From NCBI GenBank assembly GCA_963924565.1, contig OZ004609.1, forward strand, positions 26,908,001-26,972,000: a stretch of DNA of 64,000 bases, written 5' to 3'. Shown piece after piece: positions 11,939-23,900 of this stretch. The notes beneath the pieces are model-generated. The model did not search any database. It saw nothing but the letters and a program-made list of their open reading frames with translations, and was not told the DNA's origin. Position 1 is the stretch's first letter. The number at the start of each line of letters is the position of its first letter. This DNA is from Ascidiella aspersa (lineage: Eukaryota). A program made the position numbers and the translations under genes.

Positions 11939-14900
11939 ATGGCAACGTCCAATGGAACTTCAGAAGGCAGTAATAATGACATGGCCAACACTCTTAAAGA
12001 AATGCTGAAAATCAACAGTTCTAGTTCAATTGCAGGTATGTATGCCTTGCCACTTGTTCCATGAACCATGCAAATATAAAAAATAACCCTTTTAAATAAC
12101 AATGTTTTAAAGTTCCTAATATGACCCTTAATTTAAAATGTGACATAACTTCCCCAGCCCGTATATAGTAAATTGTTTTTCACAAAAGCTGAAAAAACTT
12201 GATAGATAAAAATAATAAAATAATGACTTTTTAGCCTCATGTAAGCACCTACAAAAAAGTTTTAGTAATTTTTTTCAGTATTTTAAGGATAAAAAATTTA
12301 GGTTTCAGGCCACTGAGTATTTTATTTATATGGTTTATCCAGTCTTACAAGCACATTTTACACAGTGTTTATTTACGACAAGGTTTGTTGAAGTCAGTTT
12401 GAAGAAGGTGTATCGACCAACAAAATCTTGCTGGCATATTTTTTAATGTTTATGTTACTGTTGTACTTAACTGTCATTGTTTAAACACTGGCAGATGTAT
12501 TAAATATACACACTTGAATCACATATGTTATTTTTGTATGTTGATAGTTGAACAGCACATTCACAATGGAGCTGGCGATGGGCTTCCGTTGACTGCACCA
12601 CCAAACAATGAGGTTTTAACTTTTAATTTAATGAACAACAATCCTATTATGTTTAATAGCTACATATTTTTTAAGAACCTTGCTTGTGATAACATGGTTT
12701 AATGCAAAGTTTATATACTTTTTAGGAACTGGTGGCGGCACAGGAGGAAATGCACAATCACTCCCAAACAGTTGATACAATGTGCCTATTTTGGGTTACT
12801 TGTGTGTCTGATTAATCATGACTAAAAATAATTAATGTATACTCTATTTATTTTAATGGATTATGTTACTCAGCACAGTATTTTGAAAAACTCATTATCA
12901 AAAAAGTGTTAGCTTTTCCTATATTATATACACAGCTTTGTAGCTTGACCCTTAATTCAGTTTTAAAAAATGTTTTACTTTGTCGAATACCTTTTTTACT
13001 TAAAGCAGCCTGAATATAAACTTGTTTTTCAGCTTGTTAAGAGACGTGGAAGATGGAAAATGTGTATTGATCAATAACAAACACACAAGAATTGTAGCAA
13101 GTCCCAGGTCTGAAATTGACAGCACTGTGCCAGCAAGTAACAAGGTACATTTGTCTGCATTTATTTAAATTTAAGGAGTCAAAATGATGTAATGCTAAAC
13201 TTGTTTTCAATCAATTGTGACCTATTTCAAATAATATCACCTTATCATGCCACCTGACCTTGTGCAACATGCCAATCAAGTGTGTATGTATTGTTTAATT
13301 ATGGCAATCTGTATTACCAGCAAATATGATAAACTAGGAGTTATGTCTGTCAGCCCAGGTACTGAGGTACATAACAATTACCTGCCGAAATATATTTGAT
13401 AACAATCATTCTGTTCAGTTACATAACAGATTTTATACTACATAGTCATATTTTTGCATGTTTTAGGCATTGAAATGTAACTTTTTTTTAAATTTGGCAT
13501 CTAAGCTGTTGAGTTAGTTAATTAGTAAGCTAATTTTTAAAAGTTGCTTATGCCAGATGCATGGCAAACGGCCAATTTTTCCAATCATCGTTTATGTAAA
13601 ATCTATCCAGCCAATGTTTATAAGTTTATTGTTTTTTGACAGCATTTTTGTCTCCATTATTTTAGGTAAAGGTAAACACCGTCACCAAGTTTGACTGGGA
13701 CCACAAGTACTACACTGGCAGTCTTATTTCTGTCACAAACACCTACATTGCATACACCATTAAGGGTAGGTATTTAATGCAAAATTTATAAACCAACCGA
13801 AAACGTTATCTCTTTAAAAGATCTCTCTTAGAAGGTAATACACCTAGTCATACAACTATACTTGGTATGAAAGCTGTTTTGATACATGGCAATTAATGGG
13901 TTTGTGTATGCCAAAGGTTTAGTTTCAAGTACTCCACTTCTTTTGTACATAATCGTGTTGTATGCCAAACCTTGTCCTCTATTTGGAGTGCCTAAAAGTA
14001 TTATTCTGAAATCTATCAAATGCTAATGCATCTACTTTTATTGTGTGGTTGGCCATTCTTAAGGTCACACTTCGGTGTTATGTAAAACTTTTGCTTCCAC
14101 CAGAACCCTGTAAATGGTTTAACAGTGGTAATATAGGGTAAAATACCTTCACTGTTTAATTACGTTTTGTTTTGTAACCAACACCAGCTGCCTTTTTTTA
14201 TTTCAGGGTTTTGAGTACATGAACTCTTCACTATACTGTTACAAACATTTTTAAATCTGCAATTTGTTTTATTTTGGTATTATTTAAGGTCATACAGCCC
14301 ATTCAGTTCGAGTCATTAATCGTCACAATTCTTCAAATCGCGTTCTTCTGAAGGGTTTTTCAGGAATTGTATGTGATGTTGCATTTGCATCACCCCGCTC
14401 CAACATTCTGGCCGCTGTTGATTCCGTTGGCAATCTGATTGTATGGGAGCTCACCGATGTTGCCGGAAATATAGAGTATCCTTTTCACTTTTAAGTAGTT
14501 ATGACAGATTCAGTGAGTCTGTGATGGCTTTTCGGTGTACTAATTATACGCAAGCCGTAATCGTTGGTCAAAAAGCAGCTATAGAAGGGCTAAATCACAG
14601 TTGTTAACACACAAATGTGTGTACATGTTGTACAAGTTAGGTTTAATGATGATTATCATGAGTTTTTCTTCAGCATTGTTTTGTTTGTTTTTTAAGACTT
14701 GTGATAAAATATACTTTAGACTATCACATGTGGACTGTAGTTGAATTCTTTGACAAGCGAAATCCCTAAAAAGATCGGAGCGCAAGATTTGCATAGAGTC
14801 TGAATCTACCGTGTCAGATGAATCCGGAACCTTTCGTGTCATCTGGATTCCATTTGTGAACCTCGGAAGCAAAGAAAACAGCCTCGATGGTGAATCTTCA

Positions 14901-17900
14901 TCTTTCCAAGACACCATAGATTCTGCTGACAATGAAACACAAAGGATGCTGGTCCTATCGTATGGCAGGACGGTAAATTAATTTAATTTTAGAGACTAGA
15001 GTTTTAAAGTCGATATACTATTTATGTTAACTGCAATGTGGTAATATTAGTTTGATTCCAAGAACATTGTTTCTTGCTAAAGGATTTTTATCAAAACTTA
15101 CATTTATCATTGGGTTTTAATTTGAACAAAAAAAAAAACTCATAAATTACTCTTTTAATGAAGGCTGAAGTTTGGGACTTAGATGCTGCTTTTCAAATCT
15201 CTGCTGGAAAAAAAGTAAGAAGAGCGGATTTAGGACAAGCTTATGTGGCAGTGACACACGACGATGTAAGTTTATTAAACAAACATATTTTTGATGTTAC
15301 TATAGTTTTTGCAGTGTAAGCATTTTAATCTGAGACAAATCCCATATTTATAAAACAGTCTTTTTAGACATAGTCAACATGTTTTTTGTTTACACTATGG
15401 AAATCTGGGAGAATACAACATGAAAATAAATATTTTTTTAGTACTTTCATATTTCTTAACACTATCTAAATCTAACTGAAACCCTAATGTCGAAAGTACC
15501 AATTATAAATTTGTAAATTTAAATAGTCGCAAGTCATTGCTCTTAAATTTTCTTAAAATAGTACTGTTTCAGTTTGTTGAAAAACCATAACCATAAATTA
15601 AATTTTAACTGTTCGCCAAATTTAAATTTAATTGTCGGCCAATATTTACCCAACTAAACAATTTTTGTCATAAATATATAGTCATTTCAGTCAATCATTT
15701 TGTACGCTTATAGTGAGCAAAACAGAAATAAATTAATAAAATTAAATTTTAGCTATTTAAATTTAACCATTTGAACTGCTTCAGTCGGTGACCCAACCAA
15801 ATCAAACCTCCCATGCTGAAATCCTTTACCGTACTTTGGCGATTGCAACTGATTATTAGTATTATTGCCACGTAAAATCTTTCTCCATACAGATGCAGAC
15901 AGCCTTAAACTGGCACCTATCAATAAACGCCGGCTATTATGCGGCACCCCTTCTTGTTTAGTCTCATACCATCGCAGGCTAAAGTTACAAAATCACGTTT
16001 CCTGGTCCGCTCTAAATAGTTGTGTGCCTCTTGTGAAATCCGACTTACGATTCCCACGAAACGCAGGTGATAAGTGACTGCGAACTGTCCCCGATCGGAA
16101 ACGTTCTGGCGGCTGCCAGCTACGACGGCTACGTCAAGTTCTGGCAAATTCAAATCGAAGACAACCAACCTTCCTCGTGAGTGATAAACGCAGAAAAATA
16201 AAACTGTTTTTTTTTTAAAAAAAAAAGTTTTGTCATTGCGTTTCGTAATTAGAATTTGGTCACATTTTACTAACTTATAAAACACTTTTGGGGACGTTAA
16301 AATCAATTTTGTTTTTCAATAATGTAGTATGCTATGTTATCATTACAACTTGAAATTATACTATACAGCAATATTGTCTTTAACAACTTGAAAACATTGT
16401 ATTCCCGCAAACCTTTATCATTAAAAAAGTTGGTTTATTTTTATTAGAAATGCATTGAATAATTAACCACATTTTGTTTTTTAATACACATTTTTTGTTA
16501 TTTTCATGTTAAATACTTTTAATACCACGGTATGCTGAGATAGCAGTAGCAGCAAATTGACAGCATGTATATTGTGCTCAACAACGTTTCTTAACCTTAC
16601 AGTACCGTGGCACGTCACAAATTGCTATTGCATATACGTAGAAAAATATAAACGAATATCACTAAGATACTAAGCATTTTACAGCACACACGCCTCACAA
16701 TTAATTACGCCTTGTCGGTTAATGGTTGTAAATGATACACCTAATCTTACAGCTCAGGTCAGCGCACTTGCGCACTATACATGGCGCTTAATGTGAACGA
16801 ACGTGCGCTAATTATAAACTCCCATTAACCTAGCATGACATAATTCTCCTGAAACATGTGCTTGTTGTTGGGTTAATTTAACGAGCAATCACGGTTGCCC
16901 GAAGTTGTCTCTTACTCCGCCCGCAACGCAAAACTTTCTTACGCGGCGGACCACTGTTTGCTATATTTGTTGTTGTTGACGTTTTGTGCTTTCTATCAGC
17001 TGCCTTCATAAGTGGAAGCCGCATGACGGAAAGCCGGTTTCCTGCGTCAAGTTTTGTGACAATCGGCAAAAGTCCGAGTTCAGGTATGTTTTTTTTCTTT
17101 ATAGCAGAGGTTCTCAAACTGGGGTGGGTCCGTGTATCCCTTGGGGGTACGTGGACTGCTTTTAGAGGGTCAGTTTTGGGCATACTTAAAATCATGGTTT
17201 TTATTTTTTTTTAAATGGAAATGATTTTTTTAAACTATTCCTTTTCCTTTAATTTGTTTAGACTTTTACATTTTTTTTTGGACCGAAAACAGAGTTCAAG
17301 ATAAAAACAAAATTACTAAGTTAGCATTTTGATGTAATATGAAACGATTAAACAGTGTGTAATGGAGATTAGATCTATTCTGAGCGCAACACATACTAAT
17401 TACAAAACACCCCAAATATCAATACCTTCGTGCCATAAACCGCACTGTTTTAAATAAATGCTCAATTCCAGCGTCTACTGGAGGTTTCTTCTAACGGGAT
17501 GCGACAGGAACAACGAACTTAAGATGTGGTGTTCAGTCACTTGGAATTGTCTTCAGGTGAGTGCGTTCATTTGGAGCTGATTTCAATCATTTTTACGGTT
17601 TTCATGTCTGGCATGTCTGAGGGTATTTCTGTTTCGAAACTGTTGTGTGGCGACCTATAGCCACTCGCCAAATAAAAGGTCGTATCGTGTTTAAACGTAA
17701 GATATTTGGAACGGTATGTTCATGAAGACTTGCAACCAGTTAATTATATAAGTAAGTTGAAATCACGCGGCAAGAATGTTTTTTGAATTTAATGACGTCT
17801 TGAAAAGGCAGAGGTATTATAGTCGTCTCCCTTTTAAACCAAACCTGTTTATCGTGCCATTATTTAAGCCTGTATGTAGAAAAAGTAAGTTAACTGCTTG

Positions 17901-20900
17901 CGAATCGGCTATAGCTGGGTAAACCGCAAAGTTGACAGATAACGGGCACTTGAGCATTTCTGAAAACGCGTAGACGGGCAAATATATGTAGTAGGGCTTT
18001 GTCGATCATCTCCTTGAACTATCTCAAGTTGACTAATCGCCTCTCTTCGCTGCGCAGGTGATCAGCTTCGCTCCCTCGACGCCGGCGCACGCTCTGCCCG
18101 AGCTGAACCTGGTTCTGCACGCATCTGTCGACTTCGTTGTCCTCACCGATATCAACAGGAAGGTCAGTGTTTTGCGCACTTTACTTTTATTGCGCTATAA
18201 CCGGGGCCTATTGTACTGTATAGCGCGTTGCTTGTACTTTATACCTTATTGCTTCGTTTGCTGTGCCAACCCCTTGCCCTACTATACTCTATATTTTTTT
18301 GCACCGTTAGTTGTGAAAGCCAGATGGAACGTCATAACAGTAAAACACAAATGCTTTAAAACCTTGCCATTTCAGCCTAAAGCAAATAGCGTTTTAAGTA
18401 ACTTGGGTGTGATTATTTGGTTTTTGGTCTGTTTCTATGTTTAAAGCAGTTATCACAAAACATTTTGTGTGATGCGTTTTGGTGTGCTAGACAATTACCT
18501 AAATATTGTCATAAAGACAAAAACATGTCAACAGGTAAGACAGATAACGTGACTTTTATCGACCTTTTTTTCTATAGCAGTTATCATGCTTGCCTATAGA
18601 TTTGACATTTTTAGGTTTGACACTATCTTTGTTCACATATAGGAAGGGTTTATCCGGGGTTTACTAGAATAAAGTTTCCGATCTATAATAACAAACCCAG
18701 AATATCGAATCCTAGTATAGTTTAATTGCCTACTTCATTTTTTCGTGTGGATTAATCATAAACTATTTGATAACATTGACATAACTATACTGTGATCGAA
18801 AGAATAAACAAAAATGATAAGTCTTCACGAATTCAGTTCATTTTATAGGAGACTGTTGTGATTTAGTTTTACTTTTTGCAAACGTGATATGTAAGTTAGG
18901 CAGTCAAATATTATGCTGCAAACAATGTAAAGTTACGACTGCCATTGATCCGTTACTATTACTTGATAATTAGGCTTACGTAACATCGCATAGCGGTAAA
19001 TACAAACGGAAAAATTAGATTGGAGTTAAATTTGTAATCGATTCTAAGAATCCCATATTCTATTTCTCTACACATTGGTAATAAAGAACTTTCAACGCCC
19101 CAACAGTAAAATATTTTTTGTTACTTAACAAAGCCACTTATAGATAATTTTATACTTATTTTTTATTGTTTGTTTATCGTCCTTGGTCTTAAATTTGTAT
19201 TGAAAGTCCAATTGGAACACAGAGATTTTTTATCTCGAAAACGTGAACCGCCAGTGGACAAAATAATTGCATTCAAGTTTTTACAAAATAGTACAGTAAG
19301 TACACCTTGTGGACATAGTTTGTTTACAGCTCATTTACCCAGTTTAAAACGACGAAATGTAAACCTACATATCTTTAATTATAATGGCACATTACAATTA
19401 CCAACTTAATCCTTCATTTTTAGGTAAAAAGAATCGTTTTTTTTGCGTGGTTTACTATCTACCTACCAACATGCCTGTATACCTGTTTATAGGCCATGTT
19501 CATCGCATCGCATCGCGCCTAACTTAAGGGGCTTCGCGAAACAAACCAGACCGACAAAAAAAAACCCGAATTCGAGCGCTGGCCATTCTTTCGTGACGAT
19601 TGGTTCGCGCGCAAGCAGGACGTTCGCACTTTGTGTACAAACATTTGCGACAGGGCTCGGAACGGGAACGGCGCTTTGTCCGCGTCTGTGTTCTTTCGTG
19701 TACGACACTAGCCCCGTGGCGAATGACGATATATGGTAAAAACAACAAACTCCACTACCGCCTTTACTTGACTGCTTTGTAAAACGCGCCTCTTAGTTCA
19801 GACTTTAAGTCCCTCACCCTTTTTTAAGTAGATTTATGCGACCACTTAAAATATGACATTTGTGTATATTTTTAAATGGACGTTTATTTACCCACGTACC
19901 GAGTACTATTATTTCGTTGAAAAGTTTTCTCAAAATTGTTAATTTATTGTCTTAATTTTCGGAGGTTTAAAGCTTTAATTTCTATTAAATATTTTGGCGA
20001 TTCTAACTATTTACTTGGTTTTGTGGTGCTACCATGCTGTGGTGCTCTTATCGCCCAAAAGCCTATGTTGGTTTAGATTTCATCTTTCGTCTTATTTTGT
20101 ATCTTTAAAGTCCCACTGGCGCCCACCTGATCTTTAAAGTAGTTTGGTTTTACAATACAGAACAGTGCGTTTTAAAGTAGAGTACGTAACTAAAGGGTGG
20201 CTGGGACGTAAAAGTCCTGTTGCCCATCCTTGGGACATTTGTTTGACAATAAACTTATGGCTAGTGAGTTTTGTAAACATAAAATATCCTCAGTTTTCCC
20301 CCTTAACTGGAAAAAAATAAGAAAGCGAAAGTTAGCGACGGTATTCTATAAAAAATCATACAAAAAGTGTAAAAAATGTAAAAATATATATTGATTTCAT
20401 ATTCTGGATTCCGTGTTTTATTACTACCTAATTTATATACCTAAAAACAGACCTCCATTTCCCTTGAGACATTTTTAGGGAAAAATGAAGCTGTTTTGAC
20501 ATGTTATCGTAAACCACACTTAGTTCCACTTTTTCGACGTTATTTTGTCAACAAAACGTACATAAAGTGACAAAAAACAGGCGCTTTTCCCCACTTTTCA
20601 CTTGCCGCTTGCCACACACTATCATCCTTCCGTCTTCAACCGAAGCACTCCAAAACTAAACCACCGATCCCGCTAAAACGCGTCTAACCCTCGCTGCTTC
20701 TCCCAGGTGCTGTACGTGATGCAGTGCAAGACCGACCTGGCCCAGGGTGCAGCTCAGCTCACCAGCATAACACCCTACCAGCTAACCTCGCCTCTGCTCA
20801 GCGTCGATTTCGTAGAGGCTCGCGCTTGCAAGTTCAAGAGCCTGGACGACGCCGGCGACCGTTCGCCGACCGCAGCCAACCTCTACGGCCGTACGTCACC

Positions 20901-23900
20901 GTTTGATGACGTCGACGATGACGAGGATGATGACGAGGCGGGAAGCGGCGAAGAGCCTCGCGCAAACGAGACCAACTCGCAAGGTGTGTGATGCTATTTT
21001 CACAAGGCGTTTTTTGCACTTCTAATATTGTAACCGTTTTGCGGCTCTCGGCTTGCGGTCTGGCTGCGATTTTGCAAAATGGATTACGCTCTTTTAGCGC
21101 AAATCGATTCGTTCTACCACGCAAAGCTTTTATTCAGTGGCTGAATTTACTTGCCAGAGCTGTTCACGATCGCATGCAAATAAAATAATTTACCTCACTA
21201 GGGGTTTTATGGTGTGTAAAACTACTTAATCTGCAACCACATTAAAACCGTAAATCCTAAAAAAAGTAGTAGCACGGTTAATGTGTCAAGATAATCATAA
21301 TGCATGACCGCCAATTAAGAATATAAAATGATCGGAAAATGGTTTGCCAAAAAGTCTAACTAATTAATGTTAGATTATTGTAAAGTTAAGCAGGGTTGTT
21401 CCTAAGCAAAAATTTCCACTCGCGAGCCTGGCGAGCGTCTATCAATCAGCACTCGCCTGGACGAAATAACACTCGCCAAATTTGTTGGCACGCAGTCTGC
21501 CAATTTCCGTCCTAGCGCGGTCATTTCTTTGGTTATCTGTTAAACTGTCTTATGGTTTCTATATGTAAACATTAGTTTTTATAAAAGTCTGGTCGTTTAT
21601 ATTTCCATGCATGGATGGACAAATTACTGATCCATAAAGCAATTTACGCTACAAACAATGTTTTTAGCCGAATTTTTTAAACAATCATTGGTGAAAAAAA
21701 ATAACACTAATATATTTCAATAGCCACAGCCTTCCTGTTTTCCATTTTTCTAAAAATTCTTGCGCTCTTTTGTTTTCGTATTATAATTTTTATGTGCAAG
21801 GACGTTTTACCGCAGGTTGCTTCGCGCCACAAACAAAGCGCCACATTTCGCCTAACACTATAGTTACTGGTTGAACAGCAAGTAATGACAAAATGAATGT
21901 AAATTTACAACTAAACCATTTATTCGCAAAGTTAACCACCATATGCACCAGAGGTTCTGTGCTGCGACGCCCTATAGTGGGTCGTTTCAATTTTTCTAAG
22001 GGCTTGAAACAATGGTTTCGATTCGTTTCTAAAAATGCGATATAAAATATTCACAGACAGTAATTTTTTAAGATTTGACTTGATAGACCGCTATGTACTT
22101 TGACAGATCGCAACGTACTTACGAGAATAATTGCTAACTCTTAGCTGTAGTTACGCATACACAGGCAGGCGATATTTTAAAATATCATAGTGTTCAATTG
22201 GCCGTTTTGGTTCCTAAAAACAGCGTAAAAACATTGCTTACAAATCTAGTTGTGAAACATTTGCATTCGAACTGGTTGTTACCAAAAACTGCAGCAATTG
22301 CTCTTAATTTCCTAATACAAACAATTAAATAAATACAAAAAAGTAGAATTATTATCCTGGTTACATCGCAAGTCAAATAAACCTTTCCAAAGGCGTCAAC
22401 GACCGGGTTAAACTTTTAAAAATTAACAGAGTTCACGTTAAACAATAAACCTCATAAGTTCATAAACTATTTACCACTGCAGCAATGACGTATTCGGTTG
22501 TTTGCCGGTAAGCAATTTTAAAAAATGGGACCAACAGTCTTTATTACGATCATACTACGGGACAAAGAGTCTCTTTTACGACCTTCGAACGTGACTTCTT
22601 ATTATTTGTGTAGTGTTGGATGAATTTGCGCTTTAGAGTTTGAGGAAATAACTGGCGCTAAGTTATATTTCGCTTAGTAGTGGTGCTTAACACAAGTTGT
22701 CCTGCACCAACAAATTAAATTTATCGCCGAAGCCACTCGCCAGTCGGGCGAGTGGATGTCATTCAGCACTCGCCAGGAGCGATTTGCACTCGCATTGGCG
22801 AGCGGGCGAGTGCTTAAGCCCAACCCTGTTACGAAATTATTTCAATATGAGTAAACTTATGCGTTTTGCTTATTTAAACTTGATTATGCACTGTTAATAA
22901 GGCGCCAGCATATCTGCCGTTGCACCAAAGCGCCGCTTTTAAGTTGCACATTATTTTCTGCCATATGGAAGTCGCCCATGAAAAATTCGTTTTCCTGGCG
23001 TTTACTGATGTTTATTTCAAGCTCGCATTGTGCTGCTTTCAGATGGAGATACGGACCTCTCGGCCAAAAAGCTCAACGGCTTCCTTTTGAAACTACTCGC
23101 CATCCAATCGAAGTAAGCACAGTTTTGAAGCACGATGGTTGGTGGTTGTACTAAAGCGTAATAACAATATCAAAGCCCGTACAGAAATAGGTATCATTTT
23201 AAACTCTTTTTTCATTTTCAACATCGGGTGATGTGCTTCTGTATGTGCTTTGATATTCTTATTGCGTTAGAACAGTGTTTTTATCAATACACTGATTCGT
23301 AGAGTGAACAATACGCCCTGGCGTTGACCCCGTGTCGCATCCTGTACGCTGCGAAACTGTTTACAGGCAAACAATGAATATTGGCCAAAGCCTGGCAAAA
23401 AATTCTCCATTGTTATGACGTAGTAAACTGAAACTGCCTGTAATAGTTTACAAATGGGTAAATCCAACAGGCTTCCTATGAGTTTTGAAACAGGGCTGCT
23501 CACCACAAAGTCAAGTCTTTAAATATGTAAACTGTCTTTGATTGTCATTGATTTGCGTGTTAAAATTCTTTGAAAACCCTATGTTTCAAGTCTTTCAAAT
23601 TGTTTTGTGTAAGCTTAAGATCTTTATTTAGAAACTCCCATACTAAACCAACTTTTCAATCTACTTGTAATTGTGTTAATCGTGGCATGTGTTCATTTTG
23701 TTTTTGAATTATATTCAAAACTTGTCTCAATTTTGGTTCTTTAAAAACTAATAAATTTTATTATGAAAAAAAGCAAAAAAACAGTTGAGGCAACCCTTAT
23801 TGGAGATCTTTTCCTGCGAGGTAATGCGCCTCTTGGCAGCCTTGTGTATTCGCCGCTTAACCCTATTCTCTTCAAATTTTAAATCAACGAGTCCGTCATT

